From: Alkanindiges illinoisensis DSM 15370
GTDB lineage: Bacteria; Pseudomonadota; Gammaproteobacteria; Pseudomonadales; Moraxellaceae
Direction: 5' to 3'
NCBI RefSeq assembly: GCF_000619845.1
Contig: NZ_KK211037.1
Span: 210,001 to 242,000, forward strand
DNA: 32,000 bases
Part shown: positions 1 through 9,215 of the stretch, piece after piece
How the letters are laid out: every line of letters begins with the position of its first letter
Position numbering within the stretch: the stretch's first letter is position 1
Notes under the pieces: generated by a model
The model's input: the letters and a program-made list of their open reading frames with translations, nothing else
Told to the model about the DNA's origin: nothing
The model's database searches: none
Translations under genes and position numbers: made by a program

Positions 1-697
1 CGCTATTCCTAGCAACGTCATTGCCCGTAACCTGCTCATGCTGATGGGTAATCCCAAAGTGGCAAGTGACATGGTGGAAGGCGATTATGAAGCCGCCGGA
101 GTCATTCCGATTGGCTCGGCTTATCTCACCACCAAAGACCGTACCACTAATACGCTGGCTAAAATTGAAGGCAAGCGGATTGGCGTGCTGGAAGTTGATC
201 CGGTACAGCGCCGGATGGCCATCAAGGTGGGCGCCAAGCCAGTACTGATGACCATTGACAATGCCGGTAACAAGTTTCAAACCGGTCAGATTGATATTTT
301 GCCAGCACCCAGCATGGCCTTTACTCCTTTGGAGGTGTATCGCTCCATGGGATCTAATGGCGGGGTGGCACGGTTTCCTTTAAGCTTTATGTCACTCAAT
401 CTGATTTTAAAGAAAAATGCCTATCCTGCTGGGTTTGGCCAGAAAAGCCGTAGCTGGTTCTCCAGTCAGGCACCACGCCTGATGAGCAAGGTTGCCCGTG
501 ATGATGCCAGCGTTCCGAGCAAGTACTGGTTCGATATTCCCAGTGAGGATCAGGTGGGCTATTTACGTATTTTACGGCAGATGCGTATTGAATTTGTGCA
601 AAATAAGACTTATAACCCGCGCATGATGAGTCTGTTAAAACGCTTGCGTTGCCAGCAGGATGCCACCAATTATGAGTGCGCCCTGAAAGACGAGTAA
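1..697 (+). CDS. Secreted periplasmic-binding-protein-like protein, paralog A (5' end lies outside window)
   Basis: The reading frame is open from nt 2 (AIPSNVIARNLL...). It aligns without gaps to residues 118-348 of the next ORF, so the ATG at 38 in the ORF track is internal. Stop TAA at 695-697. Confidence 0.8.
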   Translation, partial: AIPSNVIARNLLMLMGNPKVASDMVEGDYEAAGVIPIGSAYLTTKDRTTNTLAKIEGKRIGVLEVDPVQRRMAIKVGAKPVLMTIDNAGNKFQTGQIDILPAPSMAFTPLEVYRSMGSNGGVARFPLSFMSLNLILKKNAYPAGFGQKSRSWFSSQAPRLMSKVARDDASVPSKYWFDIPSEDQVGYLRILRQMRIEFVQNKTYNPRMMSLLKRLRCQQDATNYECALKDE

Positions 698-748
698 CCG
701 CAGGATTCATAACAGAAAAAGGATAAATAATAGTTATAGCGAGGGAAA

Positions 749-1795
749 ATGAATTTTTTTCAACGGAAAGATCAACGGGTACAAGCCCTGAAAAACAGGG
801 GGTTTGTAAAGCTGGCCTTGTTATCGTTGCTGTTGTCGGGCAGTGCTATGACCACCAGTGCACAGGCTCAGACCCTGTGTGTATTTGACCTGAGTGGCAC
901 TTCTGGCGATTACTTTGCGTTTATGAAGGATTATGCACTGGCTGCCCAGAAGTGGTCAGTCATGATTGACCTGAAAGCCTATAACAAGGAAGAAAAGGCA
1001 ATCAATGATTATAAGCTGGGCAAGTGTGATGCAGTCAGTGCCACCAGCTTTAGCACCCGTGAATTTAACAAGTTTACCGGTTCCATTAATGCCGTGGGTG
1101 CCATTCCCAGCAATACCGTAGCACGTAACCTCCTGCTCTTGCTCGGCCATCCCAAACTGGCGCCTGAAATGGTGGAAAATGGCCATGAAGCCGTAGGGGC
1201 TATTCCGATTGGTTCTGCTTATCTCACCATTAAGGACCGCACGGTGAGTGACCTGATCAAGATTGAAGGCAAGTGGGTGGGTGTGCTGGCCAGTGATCCG
1301 GTACAGCGCCGCATGATTGAGCAGGTGGGCGGCGAACCGGTACTGATGGCAGTGGATACGGCAATTTTAAAGGTGCAGGACCCCAAAGTGGATATTGTGC
1401 CATTGCCCAGCTATTCCTTTGAAGCATTTGAGCTATACCGCGCATTGGGCAATAAGGGCGGCATTGCACGCTTCCCCATTAGCTTTATGACCATGAATGT
1501 GATTGCACACCAGAATGCCTTTCCCAAAACCTTTGGCGCACAAAGCCGGGCATGGTTTGCAGCACAGGCACCGCGCCTGATGAAGAAAATCCAGTACTAT
1601 GACAACAAGGTGCCAGCGCGTTACTGGTTTGATATTCCTGCCGACAATCAGGTGGCTTATTTTCAGCTGATCCGCAAAATGCGCCTCGAATTTGTACAAA
1701 ACCAGACCTATCATCCTAAAATGATGAATCTGCTCAAGCGCTTGCGTTGCCAGCAAAATCCACAGGAGCCGGAATGCAAGACCCGCGATGAATAA
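749..1795 (+). CDS. Secreted periplasmic-binding-protein-like protein, paralog B (uncharacterised family)
   Basis: 348-aa ORF with GAGGG Shine-Dalgarno just upstream. The N-terminus looks like a Sec signal peptide (basic n-region, LALLSLLLSG core, AQA/QT cleavage-like site). The alternating pattern resembles type-II solute-binding folds. There is a conserved C-terminal Cys pair (RLRCQQ......EC). Confidence 0.85.
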   Translation: MNFFQRKDQRVQALKNRGFVKLALLSLLLSGSAMTTSAQAQTLCVFDLSGTSGDYFAFMKDYALAAQKWSVMIDLKAYNKEEKAINDYKLGKCDAVSATSFSTREFNKFTGSINAVGAIPSNTVARNLLLLLGHPKLAPEMVENGHEAVGAIPIGSAYLTIKDRTVSDLIKIEGKWVGVLASDPVQRRMIEQVGGEPVLMAVDTAILKVQDPKVDIVPLPSYSFEAFELYRALGNKGGIARFPISFMTMNVIAHQNAFPKTFGAQSRAWFAAQAPRLMKKIQYYDNKVPARYWFDIPADNQVAYFQLIRKMRLEFVQNQTYHPKMMNLLKRLRCQQNPQEPECKTRDE

Positions 1796-1835
1796 CTTGT
1801 TGCTATAACAATACCTAAAATTTTAGGTCAGACAT

Positions 1836-1875
1836 AAAAAAATCCCCTTGCTGAGATAACAGGGGGATTTTTTTA
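1836..1875. terminator. Bidirectional rho-independent terminator between convergent genes
   Basis: AAAAAAATCCCC - 14 nt loop - GGGGATTTTTTT. The A-tract/stem/T-tract is symmetric, so it can serve the + strand ORF (stop 1795) and plsB (stop at 1892 on the - strand). Confidence 0.75.
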
Positions 1876-1891
1876 TGACATGAAAGACAGG

Positions 1892-4504
1892 TTATTTACT
1901 GCGCTTGCGCCGGGATTTCTGTTTTTCCAGCGCGGCAATGGCAGCAATCACTTCTTCATCACTAAAGTTGGTGATGTGCTGCAAATGATTCATGGTGTCT
2001 TCATCCAGCACCAGACGGGCATTGTCTGCCATGTTAATCAGGGTTTCGTCAAAGTACAGTACCTGATTTTCATCCAGACGGATATAGCCCAACTGGGTCA
2101 GGGCACCAATAAAGCTCTGGAACAAGGTTTTATCAAAGAACTCGGGTGAGTTAAATTCATACAGCACTGACAGGCGCTGACCAAGCAGATGGCTTAAATC
2201 CTCAATCTGCTTGGCAGTCACCCGGCCAGAACCGCGCTGGCGCAGCAAGGCCAGCGTCATAAAGTAGCGTTCCAGACTTTGCTTGACCGGCGTGGCCAGT
2301 ACACCAAGCTGGTTATAGCTTTCACTGTTGGGTGCGGGGCTATACAGGGTTTCGCGGCCATCATCCATAATCAGCTCACAGCCAATCAGGGCTTCGACCA
2401 CATGGTCAATCACGTCCGGCAGGTGATCTGCTTGCCATTTCAAAAACAGCTCGGCTTGCAGGAATGGATACAGGGTCTGAATCACACTGTTGATGTCTTC
2501 CCGGGTGATCTTGCCATTGTGTTGCACCAGCGAGGCAATCAGGGACGGCAGGATAAACAGGTGCAGGATGTTGTTGCGGAAATAGGTGAGGAGCACGGCC
2601 TGATTGTCTTCAATGGCAATAATATCGCCTAGCACATGATGCACGCGCTTGATCAGTTTGAGCTTTAAGCCATAGCCAATGATTTCCCGGCCCGGCAGGG
2701 AAGTGACTTCAACCCGCTCATCATAGGGCGCCATTTCTGCCAGACGGCGATAGGTGTCCAGTTGCTTGATGCAGACTTCTTCATCCAGCGCATGCTTGGG
2801 CGTGGATAACAATACCAGCGACAGCAGTGATACCGGATTAATCACGGCAGCCCGGTTAATGTTCTGCATGATTTCCTGCGCGACCGCATTCACCGCAGCC
2901 GATGCTTCTTCTGGCAAGGGTTGCTCATTACTGGTCAAGCGGATCTTGTCAGCATTATGCTGTTCCAGCATCTTATCCAGAAACACCGGCTCGCCAAAGC
3001 TGACATGCACCTTGCCAAAAATCCGCTCAATCTTGCGCGCGGCCTGAATCAGGCCAAAAATTGATTCGGCTTCTTTAGGCTTGCCCTGCATTTCACCCAC
3101 ATAGGTGCCGCCTTCCATCAGGCGCTCGTAGCCAAAATAAGTGGGAATAAACACCACTGGCTTGCCACCACCCCGCAGCTTGCTGTGAATGGTCATGGCC
3201 AGCATGCCGGTGCGCGGACGCAGCAGGCGACCCGTGCGCGAACGGCCGCCTTCAATAAAGTATTCCAGCGGTGTGTTACGCACCAAAATGCTATGCAGGT
3301 ATTCCTTGAGCACAGCACTATACAGCTCAAGCCCCTTGAACGAACGACGGATAAAGAAGGCACCGCCACCGCGCAGGAACTGGCCCAGCAACGGCAGGTT
3401 CAGGTTGTCACCGGCTGCAATGTAGGGAATCATCAGGCCGCGCTTGTAAATCACATACGACAGCAACAGGTAATCAATGTGGCTGCGGTGGCAAGGTGTA
3501 TAAATGATTTCATATTTTTCGGCCAGTTCGCGCACAGTCTGAAAGTGATGTACTTCAACCCCGTCATATAGCTGCGTCCATAGCCATGCCAGCCCGCGTT
3601 CAAACACCCGCACGCTGGATGGGGAGTAATCAGAAACAATTTCATCCAGATAGCCCGCCGCCATTTGCTCAGCCTGCGCTGGCGTAATGTTGCTGCGGAT
3701 TACTTCCTGCTTGAGCGCATTTTGCACATCACGCGACTGGATCAGCCCACTCACCACATTACGGCGATCCGATAAATCCGGCCCTAAAATGACTTCACGC
3801 TGCTTGGCCAGATATTCGGTCAGGTTGCTGACAATATACGTGGCTGGGGCAAGGTTGGGATATTTCACCAATGCTTCATTCAGCATCTGGCGCAGTGAAC
3901 GCGCTTCATGGAATTCCAGATAAGTCTGGCGGCCATGTACGCCAATATTGACCAGTTGCTTGAGCGCACTTGGCGTTGCCCAGGAATCAGTGACCAGCAG
4001 CTTGAACCAGGATTCTTCCTTTTCCGGCGCGCGGCCCCACAGCACCGTCACGGGAACTAGCTGAATGTCCAGTTCTGGATTTTTTTCCAGTGCTTCAATC
4101 AGCCTGAGCAGACGGGGTGGAAAGGTATAGTTATTGGGATAAAAATTATTGCGCTGGGCCCGTTGCTGCAAAAACAGAATGGAAGCATCTTCATTTAGCA
4201 ATGGACTGTCCATGCTGTCCAGCGCTGGCGGCAATTCCAGGCGGCGGGTTTCACTGTCCAGCACCAGTGCATTGCTGCGTGAATAGTTTTGCAGGATATA
4301 GCAGACCAGCTGGCTGGACGTTACCCCATTTTCAGCTTCTACAGCAGCGGCAACCCCAGCAGCAGAAAGCTCCTGCGCTTTTATCGCGGTGGAGAGCTTA
4401 TCGGTTGCCCCGGATTCACCCAAAAGCTGCGGAGTGACAAAGGTGCTTAGCAGCTTGCCGGAAACCCGACGATACATCTGGGAAAAACTATTTTTCTTTG
4501 CCAT
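1892..4504 (-). CDS. plsB: Glycerol-3-phosphate 1-O-acyltransferase
   Basis: 870-aa ORF with the acyltransferase HX4D block (CHRSHIDYLLLSY) and downstream FIEGGRSRTGR and PVxxxYER-type blocks typical of PlsB. Length is as in PlsB. Confidence 0.95.
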   Translation of the reverse strand: MAKKNSFSQMYRRVSGKLLSTFVTPQLLGESGATDKLSTAIKAQELSAAGVAAAVEAENGVTSSQLVCYILQNYSRSNALVLDSETRRLELPPALDSMDSPLLNEDASILFLQQRAQRNNFYPNNYTFPPRLLRLIEALEKNPELDIQLVPVTVLWGRAPEKEESWFKLLVTDSWATPSALKQLVNIGVHGRQTYLEFHEARSLRQMLNEALVKYPNLAPATYIVSNLTEYLAKQREVILGPDLSDRRNVVSGLIQSRDVQNALKQEVIRSNITPAQAEQMAAGYLDEIVSDYSPSSVRVFERGLAWLWTQLYDGVEVHHFQTVRELAEKYEIIYTPCHRSHIDYLLLSYVIYKRGLMIPYIAAGDNLNLPLLGQFLRGGGAFFIRRSFKGLELYSAVLKEYLHSILVRNTPLEYFIEGGRSRTGRLLRPRTGMLAMTIHSKLRGGGKPVVFIPTYFGYERLMEGGTYVGEMQGKPKEAESIFGLIQAARKIERIFGKVHVSFGEPVFLDKMLEQHNADKIRLTSNEQPLPEEASAAVNAVAQEIMQNINRAAVINPVSLLSLVLLSTPKHALDEEVCIKQLDTYRRLAEMAPYDERVEVTSLPGREIIGYGLKLKLIKRVHHVLGDIIAIEDNQAVLLTYFRNNILHLFILPSLIASLVQHNGKITREDINSVIQTLYPFLQAELFLKWQADHLPDVIDHVVEALIGCELIMDDGRETLYSPAPNSESYNQLGVLATPVKQSLERYFMTLALLRQRGSGRVTAKQIEDLSHLLGQRLSVLYEFNSPEFFDKTLFQSFIGALTQLGYIRLDENQVLYFDETLINMADNARLVLDEDTMNHLQHITNFSDEEVIAAIAALEKQKSRRKRSK

Positions 4505-4931
4505 TCACTCATCCTGCCTGCTGATTTTGCTGGTTTCTGGTTCTGCTGTTAATGTTGCCTGTTTAAGCAATGCATTTGTTGACTGCGCCTATTATTACCC
4601 AGCGCTGAACAAAAAACCTTGACCGTTTGCATAAAATTTGCCGATAAAAGGCGCAATAACACACAGTTACTACCGGGCTTGCCCATTTTAGCACTGCTCA
4701 AGCATGCCACAAGCCATTGCGCCATCACATTAGCGTTTTGGATAACGTACTGGTTAAGGTAGCGCTGATTATGGAGAAACATGGAAACCACCACAAAGGC
4801 CATAGCGCTGATGCCGTTGCCCCAAACCGCCCTGCCATAACAACAGTACTGCTAAAGTGATACGCAGTTGCTAGGCTATTTTTAATAAACTGATCTTTAT
4901 AGAGTAATTCTACAGATGATCATGGTCTTTT

Positions 4932-5993
4932 ATGATGCCGCCACTTACGCCCACTTCAAGTCCCGCCAATGAAAAAAAACCTGAGCCGCTAGACAGCCCA
5001 CGCGAGGTGCATTGCCTGCTGTATGACCGGGCCACTGGCAAGGCTGTGGGTGCAGTGGCGCTAGATCAGGTAAAGGCAACGTTGGCAGAACAGCCCGATT
5101 ACTTTGCCTGGATTTACCTGCTGCGGCCGGAAAGTGAAGTTTTGCAGCAAATCAAGCAGGATTTTGGCTTGCATGAACTGGCCATTGAAGACACCACCGC
5201 ATTATTCCAGCGTACTAAGATCGAGTCCTATGGCGATACGCTGTTTGTGGTATTTAGTACTGTAAGCCAGAATGCCCAGCAGGATAAACTGGAGTTTGGT
5301 AGCAGCAATATCTTCCTGACTGACCGCTATATTATTTCGGTACGCCAGAGTGATGCGCTGTGTGAAAAGCAGGTGGCCAGCCTGTGTGAAGCCAGCCCGC
5401 ATCAGGTCATGTATGGCCCGGCCTATATTTTTTATGCGCTGATGAATTGTCTGGTTGAGCAATATCTGCCTGCCATTGCCCATTTGCATGATCGCTTGCA
5501 GGATTTGAAGCAAAATATTTTTACCGACAAGTTTCACCGGCAAACGCTGATTGACCTGTATGGGCTAAAGGAAGAGCTCACCAATTTTCATCTGGCTGTG
5601 GTGCCCACCAAGGAAGTGACCTGCTACCTGATTGCACACCAGTCGGTGGAACTGCTTGAGGTCATTCCCAAGGAAGTGATTCCGTATTTTCGGGACATTC
5701 AGGACAAGATTTTAAGCACGCTGGACATTATTCAAAGCCAAAGCGAAATGCAAAAATCAGCCATGGACATTCACATGGCACAGGTCAGCCTGAGCCAAAA
5801 TGAAATCGTCAAGCGGCTGGCATCATGGGCGGCAATTCTGGCGGTTCCGACCTTAATTTCCAGTGTGTACGGCATGAACTTTGACAATATGCCGGAGCTG
5901 CACTGGCCGGCGGCCTATTTTATCGTGCTGGTAATTATGGTGGCTATAAGCTCATTTCTGTATTATCGGCTCAAGCAGATTAACTGGCTATAG
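4932..5993 (+). CDS. corA: CorA-family Mg2+/Co2+ transporter
   Basis: C-terminal YGMNFDNMPELHW signature followed by a second TM helix. It ends ...KQINWL, like E. coli CorA (...KRKNWL). About 30 extra N-terminal residues and no obvious SD at the ATGATG start. Confidence 0.88.
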   Translation: MMPPLTPTSSPANEKKPEPLDSPREVHCLLYDRATGKAVGAVALDQVKATLAEQPDYFAWIYLLRPESEVLQQIKQDFGLHELAIEDTTALFQRTKIESYGDTLFVVFSTVSQNAQQDKLEFGSSNIFLTDRYIISVRQSDALCEKQVASLCEASPHQVMYGPAYIFYALMNCLVEQYLPAIAHLHDRLQDLKQNIFTDKFHRQTLIDLYGLKEELTNFHLAVVPTKEVTCYLIAHQSVELLEVIPKEVIPYFRDIQDKILSTLDIIQSQSEMQKSAMDIHMAQVSLSQNEIVKRLASWAAILAVPTLISSVYGMNFDNMPELHWPAAYFIVLVIMVAISSFLYYRLKQINWL

Positions 5994-6120
5994 CAGCAAT
6001 TTTCTCATTTCCAATCCAGTTTGCTATACTGGACAGACGTTACTTTACAGTCATGTTTTTTGGCGGCATGCGGCCATAGTTATGTTTATGGTTAAAAAAC
6101 ATGAGTTATGACATGGGTTT

Positions 6121-6987
6121 ATGATGAATCAATTAACAACCGAGCTGGTTGAGCTACTTACCCTCGAGAAGCTTGAAGAAAACCTGTTTCGTGGCATTAG
6201 CCGTAATATTGTGGGCAAGCGTGTGTTTGGCGGACAGGTACTGGGGCAAGCGTTACGTGCTGCGGCCATGACCACAGATCGCCCAGCCCATTCGCTGCAT
6301 GCCTATTTCCTGCATGGCGGCGATATCAAGGCACCGATTATTTATCATGTAGAACATCTGCGTGATGGCAAAAGCTTTGTGAGTCGTCAGGTTAAGGCCT
6401 TACAGCATGGCAAGGTGATTTTTACCGCGCTGATTTCCTTTGCTCCACAGGAAGAGGGCCTAAATTACCAGACCTCTGAGCCGGAATATCCTGCGGCAAC
6501 CACCCTCAAAACCGAGCAGGAACTCAAGGAATCCATTGTGAATTTCCTGCCGGAAAATGTGCGGGTCAATTTTATGCGCGAGCGTCATATTGACATGCGC
6601 TATGTGAGTGTCACCAATCCGTTTACCCCACAGCCGGAAGCACCCTCGCGTGCGCACTGGATGAAAACCTGGGACAGCCTACCGGATGATGAAGGCTTGC
6701 ATCAGGCGATTGTGGCGTTTAGCTCGGACTTTGCCCTGATGGGAACCGGACTGATGCCGCATGGCATTAGCTTTATGACGCCTAACCTGCAAGCCGCCAG
6801 TCTGGATCATACCCTGTACTTCCATAAGCCAGTGCGTGCCGATCAATGGCTGCTACATGATATGGATGCCACGGTAACAGCCAGCGCCCGTGGCCTGAAT
6901 TTTGGCCGCATGTGGCAAAATGGCGAGCTGGTGGTCAGCACCGTGCAGGAAGGCCTGATGCGTGTGCGGGAAACTGAAGAGCGCTAG
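6121..6987 (+). CDS. tesB: Acyl-CoA thioesterase II
   Basis: 288 aa. The N-terminus LLTLEKLEENLFRG.S...GKRVFGGQVLGQAL and the double hot-dog length match TesB. Confidence 0.9.
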   Translation: MMNQLTTELVELLTLEKLEENLFRGISRNIVGKRVFGGQVLGQALRAAAMTTDRPAHSLHAYFLHGGDIKAPIIYHVEHLRDGKSFVSRQVKALQHGKVIFTALISFAPQEEGLNYQTSEPEYPAATTLKTEQELKESIVNFLPENVRVNFMRERHIDMRYVSVTNPFTPQPEAPSRAHWMKTWDSLPDDEGLHQAIVAFSSDFALMGTGLMPHGISFMTPNLQAASLDHTLYFHKPVRADQWLLHDMDATVTASARGLNFGRMWQNGELVVSTVQEGLMRVRETEER

Positions 6988-7009
6988 GCGTCTATCAGCA
7001 CTGCATGTT

Positions 7010-7047
7010 AAAAAGCCATTCTTGGGTTTATAAGAATGGCTTTTTTA
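7010..7047 (+). terminator. Rho-independent terminator after tesB
   Basis: AAAAAGCCATTCTT - GGGTTTAT - AAGAATGGCTTTTTT. A 9-bp perfect stem (7015-7023 / 7032-7040) followed by a T-run. Confidence 0.75.
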
Positions 7048-7143
7048 TTGTTTTTAAATAAACTTTATAAAAATTCATAGCAAAAAAATATTTTACAGGG
7101 TGCTGGATTACAGCCATTATGCTTTTGCATCCAGCCACCATCA

Positions 7144-8451
7144 ATGAGCACCATGAAACTATTTAAGTCGTTAAATACGCAAATTTTTATTGCTGCTGTA
7201 CTGGGCGTATTGTTTGGCTTATTACTCAATACACTGCCGGTTGAATCAGCTTTTCACAGTGCCAGCCTGTATGGACTTGGTATTGCCAGCAGTATTTTTA
7301 TTGGTTTACTCAAGCTGATTCTGGTGCCACTAATCTTTACTTCGATTGTGGTGGGCGTATCCAACTTGCAGGCGCATGAGCATGGGCATCGCGTCTGGAA
7401 AGTTACAGTAATCTGCTGTTTAACCACCACAACGATTGCAGTAACGATTGGTATTTTGTGTGCACACTTATTTCAGCCGGGGCAAGGCTTGCACATTGAC
7501 CTATTCCAGCAGGCGATGAGTGGCTTTGAGGCCAAGCAGCAGTTTTCTCCCTCTGAGTTTATTGGCCAGTTTATTAATGGCGTACTGGTGAATCCCTTTA
7601 AGGCCATGGCGGAAAATAATGTGCTGGCCGTGGTGGTGTTTGCCTTGCTGGTTGGTGCGGCACTGGTGGCTGGTGGCCCGCGCTATCAGGTTATTCATGG
7701 GTTTTTTAACCAGTCGTTTCAGCTTATTATGCAAATAGTTAGCTGGATTATGTGGCTGGCACCCCTTGGTATTTTTGCCTTAATGGCCAAACTGATTGCC
7801 AGCGAAAGTCTGGATGTACTGGGCAGCCTTGCCAAGTTTGCCGTAGTGGTGACTGGCAGTACCATTTTTCATGGTCTGGTGGTGTTGCCAGCCCTGTTAT
7901 GGATTTTTGGCAAAATGTCCCCGCTAAGATTTTTCCGGGGAGCGCGGCCTGCCTTGATTACCGCATTTGCCACCAGTTCCAGCTCTGCCACCATGCCGGT
8001 GAGCATGCGCTGTGCCGAGCAAAATCTGGGTGTTAATCCGGGCGTGGTGGGCTTTGTGGTGCCGCTGGGTTCACAAATGAACATGGATGGCACGGCTTTA
8101 TATGAAGCCGCAGCAGCGTTGTTTATTGCCAATCTGGTAGGACTGGATTTAAGCATTGGCCAGCAGGTGGTGGTATGCCTCACTGCCATGATTGCATCTT
8201 TAGGCGCGCCGGGCATTCCCAGTGCGGGCATGGTTACCATGATTATGGTGCTGCAATCGGTGGGCTTGCCAGCTGAAGCCGTGGCGATTTTATTGCCGAT
8301 AGACCGTATTCTGGATACCGTGCGCACTGTGGTGAATGTGCAGGGTGACATGATGATTAGCGTGGTGGTGCAGCGTTTTTCCGGAATGAATGGATCGGCA
8401 ACAGAAAGCACGCCAGCCGTTCAACCTCCGGCCTCCTCACTATCGGATTAA
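7144..8451 (+). CDS. Dicarboxylate/amino acid:cation symporter (DAACS family)
   Basis: 435 aa and polytopic. It has the family-typical SSSATMP, NMDGTALYE and PxDRxxDxxRTxxNVxGD blocks. Substrate cannot be assigned from sequence. Confidence 0.9.
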   Translation: MSTMKLFKSLNTQIFIAAVLGVLFGLLLNTLPVESAFHSASLYGLGIASSIFIGLLKLILVPLIFTSIVVGVSNLQAHEHGHRVWKVTVICCLTTTTIAVTIGILCAHLFQPGQGLHIDLFQQAMSGFEAKQQFSPSEFIGQFINGVLVNPFKAMAENNVLAVVVFALLVGAALVAGGPRYQVIHGFFNQSFQLIMQIVSWIMWLAPLGIFALMAKLIASESLDVLGSLAKFAVVVTGSTIFHGLVVLPALLWIFGKMSPLRFFRGARPALITAFATSSSSATMPVSMRCAEQNLGVNPGVVGFVVPLGSQMNMDGTALYEAAAALFIANLVGLDLSIGQQVVVCLTAMIASLGAPGIPSAGMVTMIMVLQSVGLPAEAVAILLPIDRILDTVRTVVNVQGDMMISVVVQRFSGMNGSATESTPAVQPPASSLSD

Positions 8452-8765
8452 CAGCTATTACCGTGCTGAGAAATCAGCGAGTTTTTCCAGTTGATAAATC
8501 GCATCGCTCAGGTCATCCATTTTTTGGCTTAGGATGGCCTGAGTACCATTAATCCGTGTTTATGAAAAATGTTCATCGTTGTGGCAAAAAATTCATAGAA
8601 ATGTGGCATTAAAGCCACCAATATCATGATGTAATTCTGTAGTGAAGTAGCGCTGGATTTTTTAACAGTATTTTTTTTAATCATCAGGGCTTTTTCAGCT
8701 TCTGAAAATGTGGTGGCCTGCATGATTAACCTCGGCAATGAAAGGCAAACATTGAGTATAAACCC

Positions 8766-9179
8766 ATGCAAACCGAAATACGCAGCTTAACAGCAGATGA
8801 ATGTGATGCCGCTTACCGGCAGGCCGCGTATGCGCTTCTACAGGACAATGGCTGGTCGCAGCGGATTACCAGCCTTGAGCAGTTTGACGCCTTGGTGAAT
8901 GCCTCGTCATGTAACTTTATTGCGCTACATGAGGGGCAGGTGATTGGTTATATTCGTGCCATAACCGATGGATTGTCGAATGGCTCTATTTCCATGCTGG
9001 TGGTTGACTCAGCCTATCGCAAGCAGGGCGTTGGCCGCGATCTGGTGCAAGCCGTTATCAATAGTGCACCTGGTGCAACCTGGGTATTGTGTGCAGGCCA
9101 TGAAGGCTCAGCCAATTTCTTTGAGAAATTAGGCTTTGAAGTGTCCAGTATGGCAATGGAAAGGAACCGCAAGTCATAG
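8766..9179 (+). CDS. GNAT-family N-acetyltransferase
   Basis: 137 aa. Acetyl-CoA binding motif A (YRKQGVGRDLV) and a C-terminal FFEKLGF element. Confidence 0.85.
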   Translation: MQTEIRSLTADECDAAYRQAAYALLQDNGWSQRITSLEQFDALVNASSCNFIALHEGQVIGYIRAITDGLSNGSISMLVVDSAYRKQGVGRDLVQAVINSAPGATWVLCAGHEGSANFFEKLGFEVSSMAMERNRKS

Positions 9180-9215
9180 ATTTTCTAGATTTAAAACCTT
9201 AACAAGAGATGTTGT

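Noticed and set aside
1880-4622. Plus-strand ORFs (60-128 aa) inside or overlapping plsB, and the 64-aa minus-strand alternative-frame ORF
   Set aside because: They are nested within the 870-aa PlsB reading frame and have no independent support.
4549-4803. 84-aa minus-strand ORF in the plsB-corA spacer
   Set aside because: It has no SD and an odd composition, with no recognisable motif. It overlaps equally plausible small + strand ORFs. I treat it as non-coding until shown otherwise (see the spacer finding).
7095-7106. Identical 12-mer ACAGGGTGCTGG upstream of the DAACS symporter (7095-7106) and in the metC-proximal hairpin (14709-14720), both preceded by A/T-rich runs. Possible shared operator for sulfur-amino-acid genes.
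   Set aside because: A back-of-envelope estimate gives tens of chance 12-mer coincidences among all position pairs in 32 kb (both strands). Restricted to the ~3 kb of intergenic DNA it is still about 0.5. One shared 12-mer is therefore not significant without genome-wide or comparative support.
7102-7135. 7-bp inverted repeat GCTGGAT/ATCCAGC just upstream of the symporter start
   Set aside because: The stem is short with a 20-nt loop, which is within chance expectation.
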